64,000 bases of DNA. Source: Nitrosotalea sp. (GTDB lineage: Archaea; Thermoproteota; Nitrososphaeria; Nitrososphaerales; Nitrosopumilaceae). The translations under genes were made by a program, and so were the position numbers. Numbering within the stretch: position 1 is the first letter of the stretch; each line of letters starts with the position of its first letter. The notes below the pieces were generated by a model. That model was not told the origin of the DNA, did no database searches, and worked only from the letters and a program-made list of their open reading frames with translations. Positions 17,414-26,842 of this stretch are shown in pieces. The stretch spans positions 8,591 to 72,590 of the forward strand of contig JARCRW010000017.1 of NCBI GenBank assembly GCA_029850515.1. The letters are read 5' to 3'.

Positions 17414-19132
17414 CTACCAGTACTTTGCCTTGATGGTTTCAATTACTCTCTCGTGCTCCGGACCTTTTCTTCTTGCATATTTTTCCATCGCAGTCAATGG
17501 AACACCACCCAATGCTCTTGCAAGACCGGTGAATGCCTTTTTCTTGAAAGTATTATTACTTCCGGTTTTATCCATGAATTTTTGGATTCCATACTTGAAG
17601 TTGTGTTGCCATGTCTTGTACATGACACCAAGTTGTGGTGCAGTCAATTCATTTCCAATATCAAAGAACTCTGATTTTTCAAGCAATCCAATTGGGACAA
17701 ATGTGAGTGGAGTCACAGTAAACTGGGATTCAGGTTGTTCTCTTTCTAGTTCATTGATGAGTCGTATTGTATCCCATCCGTCTTCTTCTGTTTCCGCGTT
17801 GTCAAGACCCATGATTAGTGTAAATGCTGGAATCCAATGATTCTCGTTTAGTGTCTTTACCCCTTCTTTTACAACCCAGTGCCATTCCTCTGGCTTGTAT
17901 GGAGAGAGTTTTCTGTCTGCATATTTTCCAATCAATCTCAAGCTTCCTGTTTCAAATCCACATTGGACTCCAGTCTTGTTGTTAGGACCGGATTTAATTA
18001 TCTTAGATATGTTTGGAAGTAACTTTTCATCAGCAATTGCACCAGCCAAGGTACCGTGAGTTGGATTGGTGTGCTCAATTCCACACGACATGACAGCCTT
18101 GAAGAGTTCTTCCAATGCATCCCTGTTTGGTGCCATGTTTTTTGTCTTTCTTGGATCAAGGCCATAGACAAAGATATCATCACTGTGGAGCCATGCGTTA
18201 CGCTGTCCACCTTTCTTTATGTTCACCTCAATCTCTTGTTTTACTTTTTCAGGTGAATAGTATCTCAATGGTCTTAGTGTAACATCGCAAAACTTGCAAC
18301 CTCTTCCACACCCTCGCATGACCTCAACCATTCCATGCATACTTGGCTCTACGATATTTGGTATACTGTCAACATCTGGCTCATCCCAATAGTGAATGAA
18401 TCTGCCATGGAACTTTTCTGCATCTTTTCCAAATTCTTTTACTTCAACTTTGAAATCGCTCTTGACAAATGGATTCATGTTTTCAAATTCTCCAGCAATT
18501 AGTTTGTTGAAGAATTCTCCAGCATGTCCATCAATTTCTGGTGCAATGCCACCCAGTTCTCCTTCTAATACTGCATACAATCCATATTCTTGGATCTTTT
18601 TTGGATCATAATTATACTGCCAAGTTCCAGAAGCTCCAGCAATCACTTTGGCATGACTTCCGTTTTTCTTTTTTGCAGCGTTTATCTTCATGTGTAAGTC
18701 GCGATTGTAAAATTCATCATATGATGTCTGTTTTCTACCATAGGTAAATGTCATAGTTACAGGACCCATTCCAAGAGGATCCATTTCATAGGTTCCAACC
18801 ACTTCAGTTTCAGGACCAATGAACTTGTCTACATGATCAGGATGTGCCACCACAACTTCTTCTCTCTTGTATCCATCTCGGAGAAGGGCAGCTTCTACTT
18901 TTCTTAATCCGTATGGAGCATAATTTGCAACACCATTTTTTTGACCTATAGGATTGCAGATAAAGTCAAAGAGAACTTTTGGAGTTACCTGATCTTTTAG
19001 GATATAATACCAGAAACTGTTTTTTGGTCTATGTGGATCCACGGCAGGAGCACAACCAAAGAAAGTCGCCAATGATATTCCACGATAGGGAGACATCAAT
19101 GTACGGTCTGCAGTTAATACAATCTTAGTCAA
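17414..19132 (-). CDS. Radical SAM protein (archaeal family, possible B12-binding-like N-terminus)
   Basis: EVMRGCGRGCKFC (CxxxCxxC), N-terminal KIVLTADRTLMS and APYGLRKVEAAL. Confidence 0.88.
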   Translation of the reverse strand: MTKIVLTADRTLMSPYRGISLATFFGCAPAVDPHRPKNSFWYYILKDQVTPKVLFDFICNPIGQKNGVANYAPYGLRKVEAALLRDGYKREEVVVAHPDHVDKFIGPETEVVGTYEMDPLGMGPVTMTFTYGRKQTSYDEFYNRDLHMKINAAKKKNGSHAKVIAGASGTWQYNYDPKKIQEYGLYAVLEGELGGIAPEIDGHAGEFFNKLIAGEFENMNPFVKSDFKVEVKEFGKDAEKFHGRFIHYWDEPDVDSIPNIVEPSMHGMVEVMRGCGRGCKFCDVTLRPLRYYSPEKVKQEIEVNIKKGGQRNAWLHSDDIFVYGLDPRKTKNMAPNRDALEELFKAVMSCGIEHTNPTHGTLAGAIADEKLLPNISKIIKSGPNNKTGVQCGFETGSLRLIGKYADRKLSPYKPEEWHWVVKEGVKTLNENHWIPAFTLIMGLDNAETEEDGWDTIRLINELEREQPESQFTVTPLTFVPIGLLEKSEFFDIGNELTAPQLGVMYKTWQHNFKYGIQKFMDKTGSNNTFKKKAFTGLARALGGVPLTAMEKYARRKGPEHERVIETIKAKYW

Positions 19133-19187
19133 TTTTCAATTTGAGTGGATTTTTATAGCATTTTAAGTTTTCCGGCATTTCCACATT

Positions 19188-20015
19188 CTAATAATTATCA
19201 AGTATGCCTGATTTGCTCCGGTGGGTGTACCCAAACTCTTTGTTTGAAAGTAGTGTGGGTCCATCAAAAACAGTTCCATCCTTGCATGCCATCACATCAC
19301 CAAAGCAACAGCTACCACAGATTCCAATTCCACACTTCATCATCCTTTCAATGCTTGCCTCAACATGTGTCTTGTTTGAAGATGCAATCTGTACAACTTT
19401 GTGCATCATTTTTTCAGGGCCACATGTATATACTGCGTCAAACCCATTTTCGCGGAATAAATTTTCCATCACATCTGTAACAAGGCCCTTTTGTCCATAG
19501 CTTCCATCTTCCGTAACAACAATCACTTTGTGCAGAGTACCTTCAAGTAGTTTGTTTGTCAGTCCTTCAAAAAAGACTTCGGATTTTGTCTTTGCGCCCA
19601 TGATAATTGTTACATCATCTGTTTTCTTGAGAAATGTAACCAGTCGTATTAAAGGAACAAGTCCTGTTCCTCCACCAACCAAAAGTAGCTTGCCTTGCTT
19701 TATCGTAAACGAATTTCCATATGGTCCTCGAATACCTATCTGATCTCCAACCTTCTTGGAGAACAACTCTGTCGTGGCAAGTCCATGTTTTCTTACTGTA
19801 AATGCAGCCTTGCCATTTTCTTGCGATATCATTACACTCATTGGGATTTCATTTACCCCAAGTATCCACACCATAGCAAATTGTCCTGGAAGAACTTTGG
19901 ACATGGCATCATCAGAGAAAAATAGAGTGCGTACGGTAGGGGTTTCATCAACCACTTTATCTATTGTTACAATCTTCGGAGTATCAAAACTTTTTTGCAA
20001 GTCCAACCATCTCAC
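19188..20015 (-). CDS. pyrK: Dihydroorotate dehydrogenase electron transfer subunit
   Basis: IRGPYGN, LVGGGTG, CGPEKMM, MKCGIGICGSC 2Fe-2S motif; adjacent to pyrD. Confidence 0.94.
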   Translation of the reverse strand: MRWLDLQKSFDTPKIVTIDKVVDETPTVRTLFFSDDAMSKVLPGQFAMVWILGVNEIPMSVMISQENGKAAFTVRKHGLATTELFSKKVGDQIGIRGPYGNSFTIKQGKLLLVGGGTGLVPLIRLVTFLKKTDDVTIIMGAKTKSEVFFEGLTNKLLEGTLHKVIVVTEDGSYGQKGLVTDVMENLFRENGFDAVYTCGPEKMMHKVVQIASSNKTHVEASIERMMKCGIGICGSCCFGDVMACKDGTVFDGPTLLSNKEFGYTHRSKSGILDNY

Positions 20016-20892
20016 TTAGTTTTTTAAAGTTCTTTTTTTCCATATATCTGGATATTCCGTTATTTATTTCAGAGAAGATGCCAGTCCATTTTTCCCCAAC
20101 AGCACTACCAATCTGTACAGCTCTTGACCCTGCAAGTAAAAATTCTACTGCGTCTTCCCAACTTGAGATACCACCACAACCAATAATTGGGATATCAAAC
20201 TTGGATGAAATTTCATAGACGCATCGTACCGCAACAGGCTTGATTGGAGGTCCAGACAGTCCGCCAATCTTGTGACTCAGAATAGGCCTTGCTGTTTCCA
20301 CATCAATTGCCATTGCACGTAATGTGTTTATTGCAGTTATACCATCAATTCCACTTTCACATGCAGTTTGTACAGTTTCTAAATAGTCTGAAGAGCCAAG
20401 ACCAACTTTTGCAAGCACTGGAACCTTTGATTCTTTTTTTACTGATTTGACTATGGTGTGAACAAGTTCAGGATCATCACCTACTTCGAGCCCAACTTTT
20501 TCAACATGTGGGCATGACAGGTTAAGTTCATATCCCAGAATTTTTACATTTTCAAATTGTTTTATCATGAATGTGAAGTCCTCCGGAATAGAGCCAACAA
20601 GACTAATAATTATCGGAACAGTTTGATTCTGTGATAGCATTTTTGCAAAATATGGTGCACCGGGGTTTGACAGTCCAACTGCATTTAGATACCCATGTTT
20701 TAGCCCAATGACAGTCGGGTTTGGGTATCCATCCCACGGTTCCTTGCTAAGTGATTTTGTAACAAGTGCACCTGCTCCTTCTTTATATAGACGGCCAAAA
20801 ACGTCAAGCGATATACCGAGAATGCCAGATGCAAGCATGGTGGGCCTCTCAAGTACAATTGGGCCCACATTGGTTGAGATGTCAGGACTCAC
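19984..20892 (-). CDS. pyrD: Dihydroorotate dehydrogenase (family 1B) catalytic subunit
   Basis: LASG, NAVGLSNPG, ELNLSCPH, GGLSG, IIGCGGI. Confidence 0.96.
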   Translation of the reverse strand: MSPDISTNVGPIVLERPTMLASGILGISLDVFGRLYKEGAGALVTKSLSKEPWDGYPNPTVIGLKHGYLNAVGLSNPGAPYFAKMLSQNQTVPIIISLVGSIPEDFTFMIKQFENVKILGYELNLSCPHVEKVGLEVGDDPELVHTIVKSVKKESKVPVLAKVGLGSSDYLETVQTACESGIDGITAINTLRAMAIDVETARPILSHKIGGLSGPPIKPVAVRCVYEISSKFDIPIIGCGGISSWEDAVEFLLAGSRAVQIGSAVGEKWTGIFSEINNGISRYMEKKNFKKLSEMVGLAKKF

Positions 20893-20969
20893 TTCTAATA
20901 ATAAAAAATAGTTGTCTTATAACGTTTGATATAGTTCTGGATCTATAATGTTACATTTTTTAGTAAGCC

Positions 20970-22262
20970 ATGGAAATGCACTCTATGCATTCTGTAATTT
21001 TAACAGAGTTAGGTATTGCGGTTTTTGATGATAACAAATGTGTAAAATCATTTCCATTTTCAAATCCAGCTACACAGTATGTAGAGATAAAAAAAGAGCA
21101 AGTCAGTCTAAATGAGTTAGAACATTTTCTTGCCAATTTGGGAAGCATAGTTGTCGTAAACGATTCCTCACTCTTGAAACTTTTGAGGAAAAAATCTATA
21201 GAGGCAGATATTATGGATGAAAAAAAGATAGAGACAATCCAGTCTTCAAAATTGCGAGTACTTGTAGATTCGGGATTTGCAACAAATGAAGGAGATGCCA
21301 GAGGAAAACTGCGAGACTTTGCACTAAGTCTCTCATCATCAAGAGTTACAGAAATTTCTGAAAGTCCGGATTTGCATATAATTCAGGCAATCAATACGCT
21401 AGATGAAACGGATAAGATAATCAACTTGCTAAGTTCCAGAGTAAGAGAGTGGTATGGACTACATTTTCCAGAGCTTGATAACATGATAGACACAATCAGT
21501 GGATATTCAAAAATTGTAATGGCTGGAAGAAGAGACAATCTTACCCAGAACACGTATCTTGATGCAGGCTTTCCAGAAGAGAAGGCGGAGATGTTAACAC
21601 TATTGCAAAAAAAGAGCAGAGGAGGTCAAATCTCAGACGAGAATTTTGTCATAGTTCAAAGTATTGCAAAACAGATCTTGGATCTTTTTGAGTTAAGACA
21701 ATCACTAGAAAAGCACATCGAGTCACAAATGCAGTTGATTGCACCAAACATTTCAGTCATACTTGGCTCCGCAGTGGGAGCAAGAATACTTGCCAAGGCA
21801 GGAAGTCTAAAGAGACTTGCAACTATGCCTGCAAGTACCATCCAAGTTCTTGGCGCTGAAAAGGCGCTATTTAGAGCTCTCAAGACTGGCGCACAGCCAC
21901 CAAAGCATGGTTTACTATTTCAACATCAACTAGTTCATGCAGCTCCACGATGGCAAAGAGGCAAAATTGCAAGAGCAATAGCTGCAAAAGCTGCAATTGG
22001 TGCAAGAGTAGATGTCTTTGGCGCTGGAAGAAACGATACGTTACTTGAAAAACTTAACATACGTGTTACAGAAATAGGAGAAAAATACAAGGACCAGCCC
22101 GAGAGGCCAGCTTTCCAGCCACGCAGAAATGAGGAACATAGAGACAGAAAGTTTGGTGGAGGAGGAGACAGAAGATTTGGTGGAGGAGGAGGAAGAGGCG
22201 GAGAGAAGAGAAACGACTGGCAAAAGAGCAAGAGAAAGAAGTTTGGAAAACGAAGAAGATAA
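20970..22262 (+). CDS. nop5: Box C/D RNP protein Nop5 (Nop56/58) with RG/FG-rich basic C-terminal tail
   Basis: REWYGLHFPEL, IAPN, STIQVLGAEKALF, PKHG, RGKIAR. Confidence 0.96.
   Translation: MEMHSMHSVILTELGIAVFDDNKCVKSFPFSNPATQYVEIKKEQVSLNELEHFLANLGSIVVVNDSSLLKLLRKKSIEADIMDEKKIETIQSSKLRVLVDSGFATNEGDARGKLRDFALSLSSSRVTEISESPDLHIIQAINTLDETDKIINLLSSRVREWYGLHFPELDNMIDTISGYSKIVMAGRRDNLTQNTYLDAGFPEEKAEMLTLLQKKSRGGQISDENFVIVQSIAKQILDLFELRQSLEKHIESQMQLIAPNISVILGSAVGARILAKAGSLKRLATMPASTIQVLGAEKALFRALKTGAQPPKHGLLFQHQLVHAAPRWQRGKIARAIAAKAAIGARVDVFGAGRNDTLLEKLNIRVTEIGEKYKDQPERPAFQPRRNEEHRDRKFGGGGDRRFGGGGGRGGEKRNDWQKSKRKKFGKRRR
22143..22190 (+). repeat. Two tandem 24-nt units encoding DR(K/R)FGGGG in the Nop5 tail
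   Basis: gacagaaagtttggtggaggagga / gacagaagatttggtggaggagga (22 of 24 identical). Confidence 0.9.
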
Positions 22263-22917
22263 CATTTTTTGGGTAAAAAGCGAGGGGGAAAAGAGACTTG
22301 CAACCATAAATCTCGTGCCCGGAAATCAAGTCTATAGAGAAAAGCTAGTCAAGATAGATGACGAAGAGTTTAGAATATGGGATCCTTATCGTAGCAAGCT
22401 CGGTGCTGCAATAATGAATGGTCTTGAGATTTTACCTATTGTCAGAAAGTCCAATGTTCTCTACTTAGGAGTATCAACTGGAACAACTGCAAGTCATGTA
22501 TCAGACATCGTCGGTCCAAGTGGAATTGTTTTTGCAGTAGAGCACTCAAGCAGAGTTGCAAGAGATTTTTTGGAAAGAGTAGCTTCATTTAGATCAAACA
22601 TTGTTCCAATTTTACATGATGCACGTAGTCCCAAGGAATATTTTTCAGTATATGGTCCTGTCGATGTTGTCTATGTAGATATCGCCCAGCCAGATCAGAC
22701 AGAGATTGCAATACTAAATTGCAAAACATATTTGAAAAAAGGCGGATATATGATGCTAGTAATAAAAACAAGAAGTATCGATGTCACAAGAGAGCCGACG
22801 CAAGTAATGCGCTCAGAGGCTAAAAAACTATCTGCCAACTTCGAGATAGTTCAAGAGATAAACCTGGAACCATATGAAGGAGACCATGGCATGATTGTGG
22901 CAAAATATCTAGGATGA
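22243..22917 (+). CDS. flpA: Fibrillarin-like rRNA/tRNA 2'-O-methyltransferase
   Basis: WDPYRSKLGAAI, VLYLGVSTGTTASHVSD, YVDIAQPDQ. Start reassigned to TTG 22243; the track extension to 22129 is the alternative frame of the nop5 tail. Confidence 0.94.
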   Translation: MENEEDNIFWVKSEGEKRLATINLVPGNQVYREKLVKIDDEEFRIWDPYRSKLGAAIMNGLEILPIVRKSNVLYLGVSTGTTASHVSDIVGPSGIVFAVEHSSRVARDFLERVASFRSNIVPILHDARSPKEYFSVYGPVDVVYVDIAQPDQTEIAILNCKTYLKKGGYMMLVIKTRSIDVTREPTQVMRSEAKKLSANFEIVQEINLEPYEGDHGMIVAKYLG

Positions 22918-23532
22918 GATATTAAGCAAAATTTTGATTGGTTTCCAGCTCCTTCTAACAAATACAGGAACGTTTCCGTTTTTAGATATCCACTCCCTGA
23001 TGAACCTCATAGTCTTAGGGTCAGATGGATATCCACTTCCCAAATCGTGACTCTTTCGTAGTTTTTCTATAGCCCTGTCCCTGTTTACTTTTGCAATGAT
23101 TGAAGCTGCAGAGACCACAGGATATTTTCTGTCAGCATGATGACTTGAGACGATTTTTCCAGTCTTGGCGATATTTGAGATATACAGACCAAATCGTTTT
23201 GGGTTTACATCACACGAGTCAACATATGACGAGTCTGCCTCTAGTTTTTTTATAACTTTGGCCATATAATCCGCTTCAAGTTTGTTTAACAGGTTTTTAC
23301 TGACGCTCTTGTCTATTGTTTTTGGAGGAATTTTTGCAACGTGATAGCCTTCTACAAGAGACAGTATCTGTTCGTATAATTTTTCTCGTGATTGAGGACT
23401 GAGTTGTTTCGAATCTTTGACACCAATCTTAACAAGTTGTTTTATATTTTTTTGTTCAATAGAGATTCCAGCTATTACAAGTGGGCCGAGAACTGAACCC
23501 CGTCCTGCATCGTCAACTCCGCAGACTAGCAT
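22909..23532 (-). CDS. rnhB: Ribonuclease HII
   Basis: GVDDAGRGSVLGP, VKDSK, VSAASIIAK, GSGYPSDP. Confidence 0.96.
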   Translation of the reverse strand: MLVCGVDDAGRGSVLGPLVIAGISIEQKNIKQLVKIGVKDSKQLSPQSREKLYEQILSLVEGYHVAKIPPKTIDKSVSKNLLNKLEADYMAKVIKKLEADSSYVDSCDVNPKRFGLYISNIAKTGKIVSSHHADRKYPVVSAASIIAKVNRDRAIEKLRKSHDLGSGYPSDPKTMRFIREWISKNGNVPVFVRRSWKPIKILLNISS

Positions 23533-23621
23533 GTTTGATTTATTCTTGTGACAGACGTATTAAATCATTTTAGGAGTCAAGTGATCGTTTCATCGCTTAT
23601 GAAAAGCAATATTGTAAAAAA

Positions 23622-23882
23622 CTAACATGAAAGATCGCCATATTTTCCTTGCAGACCAGTGGCTCGCGCGATATTAGAGCCAGACTGATCACTCACCATG
23701 ACAAGATGACACACTCCACTCTTATCAGAATGATCACGGAGATTATCTGTAAATACAATTGCTGCATTCACAGACGAATCTGGGGAGTGAGCTCGCTCAA
23801 AAAGAATATGTCCAACAGCTTCAGGCACCGCTATCATCAAGATCACCAATATAGCAAATTTGTTGATTGATCTTTTATTCAT
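23622..23882 (-). CDS. Hypothetical small secreted protein, divergent from the Lrp-GAF regulator
   Basis: Basic-hydrophobic N-terminus (MNKRSINKFAILVILMIAV); no recognised family. Confidence 0.45.
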   Translation of the reverse strand: MNKRSINKFAILVILMIAVPEAVGHILFERAHSPDSSVNAAIVFTDNLRDHSDKSGVCHLVMVSDQSGSNIARATGLQGKYGDLSC

Positions 23883-23940
23883 GTATTATTTACCTGGATT
23901 CATTGTTATATTCACGATGGAAGAAATTATCATGAAAAAT

Positions 23941-24009
23941 TTCCAGTTTGGAAGCAAATTACATTGTAATATCATACAGTATAGACCCTAATTTCCGAAT
24001 CGGAAATTA
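23941..24009. promoter_or_regulatory. Two palindromic operator-like sites TTCCR-N3-YGGAA, centres 52 bp apart
   Basis: TTCCA-GTT-TGGAA (23941-23953) and TAATTTCCG-AAT-CGGAAATTA (23989-24009, perfect 9-bp arms) in the divergent promoter region of the Lrp-GAF gene. Confidence 0.6.
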
Positions 24010-24038
24010 ATATTAGTAACACATACCAATGTAAAATT

Positions 24039-25031
24039 ATGCTTGATGAGATAGACAAAGTAATACTCTTGCATCTAGGAAGAAATGCAAGAATTTCCTC
24101 ACAAGAGATAGCCGGTACACTTCAAGGCATTGGCTTTACAATTACCGACAGAGCTGTACGACAAAGACTTGTAAGGCTTGAGAAAAACAAATCTATTCTA
24201 GGATATTCTGTTATTTTGAATCCAAACCTAGTATCAGAAAAAGTCAACAGGACGATACTTGTTAAATTTAAATTTTCAAAAAATATTTCAGATGGAATTG
24301 ACAGGTTGACAAGATATCTAAACGAGTCTCCTTTTTGTATCTATTCAGCAAGATTGAGTGGAGATTTTGATTGGATTTGTCATTTTGTTTTCTCATCAAT
24401 AGAACAATACGATCTTGAAACAAACAATTTTCTAAACAGATTTGCAGATGTGATATCTGATTTTCGCTCCTATGAATCAAAAGCTACAAAATCTTCGCCT
24501 TATGTCCTATTTGATGAACACACCACTAATGAGAAAAAGCTTCAGGTGTATACCACATTGAATTCTATCAAAAAGTATGATAGTCTAAATGATCGACTTC
24601 AATCCATAGTAGAGAGTCTTGTAAAATATTTTAATGCCAAGTTTGCACGAATCTGGTTTTATGACAAGAAATCAAAAACACTGATTCTAAAATACAGTGC
24701 AGGCAAGTACAAGAACATAAATGGTGAGTTTTCCAGAGTATCCCAAAATTCTTTAAAAATTGGTTCCATTGCCAAGACAAAGAAACCCGTAGTTTCAAAT
24801 GATGTGGTACATGATCCCAGAATAAAATATCATGAATGGGCAAAAAAAGAGAAGCTCAAGTCTTTTGCAGGATATCCAATATTATACAAGGGCGAAGTCG
24901 TAGCTGTTTTAGCTATTTTCAGTGTGAAGTCCCTCTCACCGAGCGATTTTGAGATTCTAGGAATATTCTCAGACCAGCTCTCAAAGGAGCTTTCAGGTTT
25001 TTTTGAAACAAAGGACTTTCTTCTCATTTGA
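24039..25031 (+). CDS. Lrp/AsnC-family transcription regulator fused to a C-terminal GAF domain
   Basis: LDEIDKVIL...NARIS...AVRQRLVRLE HTH; RAM domain (RLSGDFDW); GAF features (ARIWFYD, PVVSNDVVHDPR, SFAGYPI...VVAVLAIFS). Confidence 0.88.
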   Translation: MLDEIDKVILLHLGRNARISSQEIAGTLQGIGFTITDRAVRQRLVRLEKNKSILGYSVILNPNLVSEKVNRTILVKFKFSKNISDGIDRLTRYLNESPFCIYSARLSGDFDWICHFVFSSIEQYDLETNNFLNRFADVISDFRSYESKATKSSPYVLFDEHTTNEKKLQVYTTLNSIKKYDSLNDRLQSIVESLVKYFNAKFARIWFYDKKSKTLILKYSAGKYKNINGEFSRVSQNSLKIGSIAKTKKPVVSNDVVHDPRIKYHEWAKKEKLKSFAGYPILYKGEVVAVLAIFSVKSLSPSDFEILGIFSDQLSKELSGFFETKDFLLI

Positions 25032-25118
25032 GGAAAAAATTAACAGTCATTTCGATCGTTTTGCCAATATCCAGTGTGGCCATTTCAATTTATTAAATCA
25101 ATTTTGGCAAGGCAACCT

Positions 25119-26249
25119 GTGGAATCTGAACTTGTAGAGATAACAGAAGGAAGTACAAAACTTTTGGTACCAAGGGAATCGCTGTCAGAAAAAACGCCTC
25201 CAAAGGAACCTGCATTTTTCAACCCAAGAGCAAGAATTAGTAGAGATTTTTCAATAATAGCATATTCTGCATTTCTTAAAAACTTCAAGGGTCCAAAGAT
25301 CTTTTTAGATTCACTCGCTGGAATTGGAGCAAGAAGCATCAGAGTTGCAAATGAAATAAAATCAGTAGAAAAAGTAATAGTAAATGATGTCAACCAGCAA
25401 GCCTTGGAGATTGGAAAAAATATTGCAAAATTAAACCAAGTTACAAAATGTGATTTTTCAGAAAACGAAGCCTGTAGGTTTTTGAGTCTTCACTCAACAA
25501 GAGATGGACGCGGTGCAATTGTAGATGTTGATCCATTTGGTTCACCCTCTCGTTATCTTGATTGTGCGATGAGGGCAACATTTCATGGTGGACTCTTGTC
25601 AGTAACAGCTACTGACATGACTGTACTACATGGAATATTTCCAGAGGCATGTCAACGCAAGTATTATGGAACTCCCATTAGAACAATATACGGAAATGAG
25701 ATAGCGTTACGATTGATTCTAGGATGCATGAACATGGTAGCAGGTAGAATGGATATTATGATATCACCATTATTTGTCCAGCACAACATGCATTACTACA
25801 AAGCCTATGTCAAAATACTTGTTAGAACAAATACCAAAAATTGTATGGGGTATATTTTACATTGTGACAATTGTGGGAACAGAAAAGTTGTACATGACAT
25901 AGAACATACATGCAATATTTGCAATTCAAAGGCAAAGCTTGCTGGACCTCTCTGGACAGAAGGTCTACACGACAAGAATTTTGTTGATTCCATGGTATCG
26001 GATGAGAAAAACTTGACAGTTGACAAGTCTTGTAGAGTTGTCCTTGAAAAGTGTCAAGAAGAGATAGATATGCCTCCCACGTATTTTACTCTAGATGAGA
26101 TTGGACATAGAAAGCAATCTGCTCCACCCTCTCTTGCCAAGATAATAGAAAAGATCAAAGAAGTAGGCAAGAAGGCTACAAGAACAAGCATGAATCCCAC
26201 AGGATTCAAGACAGATGCCACTATAGATGAGATTCTATCCTTGGTTTAA
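25119..26249 (+). CDS. trm1: tRNA (guanine-26-N2)-dimethyltransferase Trm1
   Basis: FFNP...RDFS, LAGIGARSIR, VDVDPFGSP, LSVTATD, AGPLW. Start set to GTG 25119, about 25 nt after TTTATTAAA. Confidence 0.93.
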   Translation: MESELVEITEGSTKLLVPRESLSEKTPPKEPAFFNPRARISRDFSIIAYSAFLKNFKGPKIFLDSLAGIGARSIRVANEIKSVEKVIVNDVNQQALEIGKNIAKLNQVTKCDFSENEACRFLSLHSTRDGRGAIVDVDPFGSPSRYLDCAMRATFHGGLLSVTATDMTVLHGIFPEACQRKYYGTPIRTIYGNEIALRLILGCMNMVAGRMDIMISPLFVQHNMHYYKAYVKILVRTNTKNCMGYILHCDNCGNRKVVHDIEHTCNICNSKAKLAGPLWTEGLHDKNFVDSMVSDEKNLTVDKSCRVVLEKCQEEIDMPPTYFTLDEIGHRKQSAPPSLAKIIEKIKEVGKKATRTSMNPTGFKTDATIDEILSLV

Positions 26250-26842
26250 TTTCCAAGATATCCCAAGCAGACATAATACAGTTCACTGCTTGATTTTCTA
26301 CTTGCTTGAGGTTTTCTCAATTGTACTTTGGCAAACTTTTTTCTGATATAATCTCTAAACTCAATAGAATACTGACCATCAAAGACCTTGAAAAGTGCGT
26401 TGCCTTTTTTTGCCAACACCTGATCCATTATCTTGCTTGCCGCATAATTGAGCGAGATTTGTCTTGTGTGATCCACATCCCACATTCCAGTCACTGTCGG
26501 AGACAAGTCGCAGATGACAGCATTCACTTTACCTCCAAAATAATCAAAAACTTGTTCCACAATAGATTCATCTTCAATATCCCCCCTGATAAAATGAACC
26601 TCAGGAATTTCTTCAACATATGATTTGTCAATGCCCATAACTTGTCCCCTATTTCCTGAAAGTTCATGTGCGACTTGACTCCATCCACCAGGAGAGCAAC
26701 CCAGATCCAAGACAAAAAATCCAGGACCTATTATTCTGTATGATGTGTTTAGTTCTTTTAGTTTGTATGCAGCTCTGCTTCGATATCCTTCTTTGTGTGC
26801 TAGTTTCCTATACAAGTCACGCCTTGCATCGATTAATTTCAT
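26246..26842 (-). CDS. rlmE: 23S rRNA Um2552 methyltransferase RlmE/FtsJ
   Basis: YRSRAAYKL, LDLGCSPGGWSQ, ICDLSP, KPQASRKSSSELY. Confidence 0.95.
   Translation of the reverse strand: MKLIDARRDLYRKLAHKEGYRSRAAYKLKELNTSYRIIGPGFFVLDLGCSPGGWSQVAHELSGNRGQVMGIDKSYVEEIPEVHFIRGDIEDESIVEQVFDYFGGKVNAVICDLSPTVTGMWDVDHTRQISLNYAASKIMDQVLAKKGNALFKVFDGQYSIEFRDYIRKKFAKVQLRKPQASRKSSSELYYVCLGYLGN

Noticed and set aside
22129-22242. Glu-rich N-terminal extension of fibrillarin in the ORF track; possible dual-coding overlap or 24-nt CRISPR-like repeat
   Set aside because: It is the alternative frame of the Nop5 Gly/Arg tail. Conserved fibrillarin sequence begins near TTG 22243, and the two repeat units are adjacent with no spacers.
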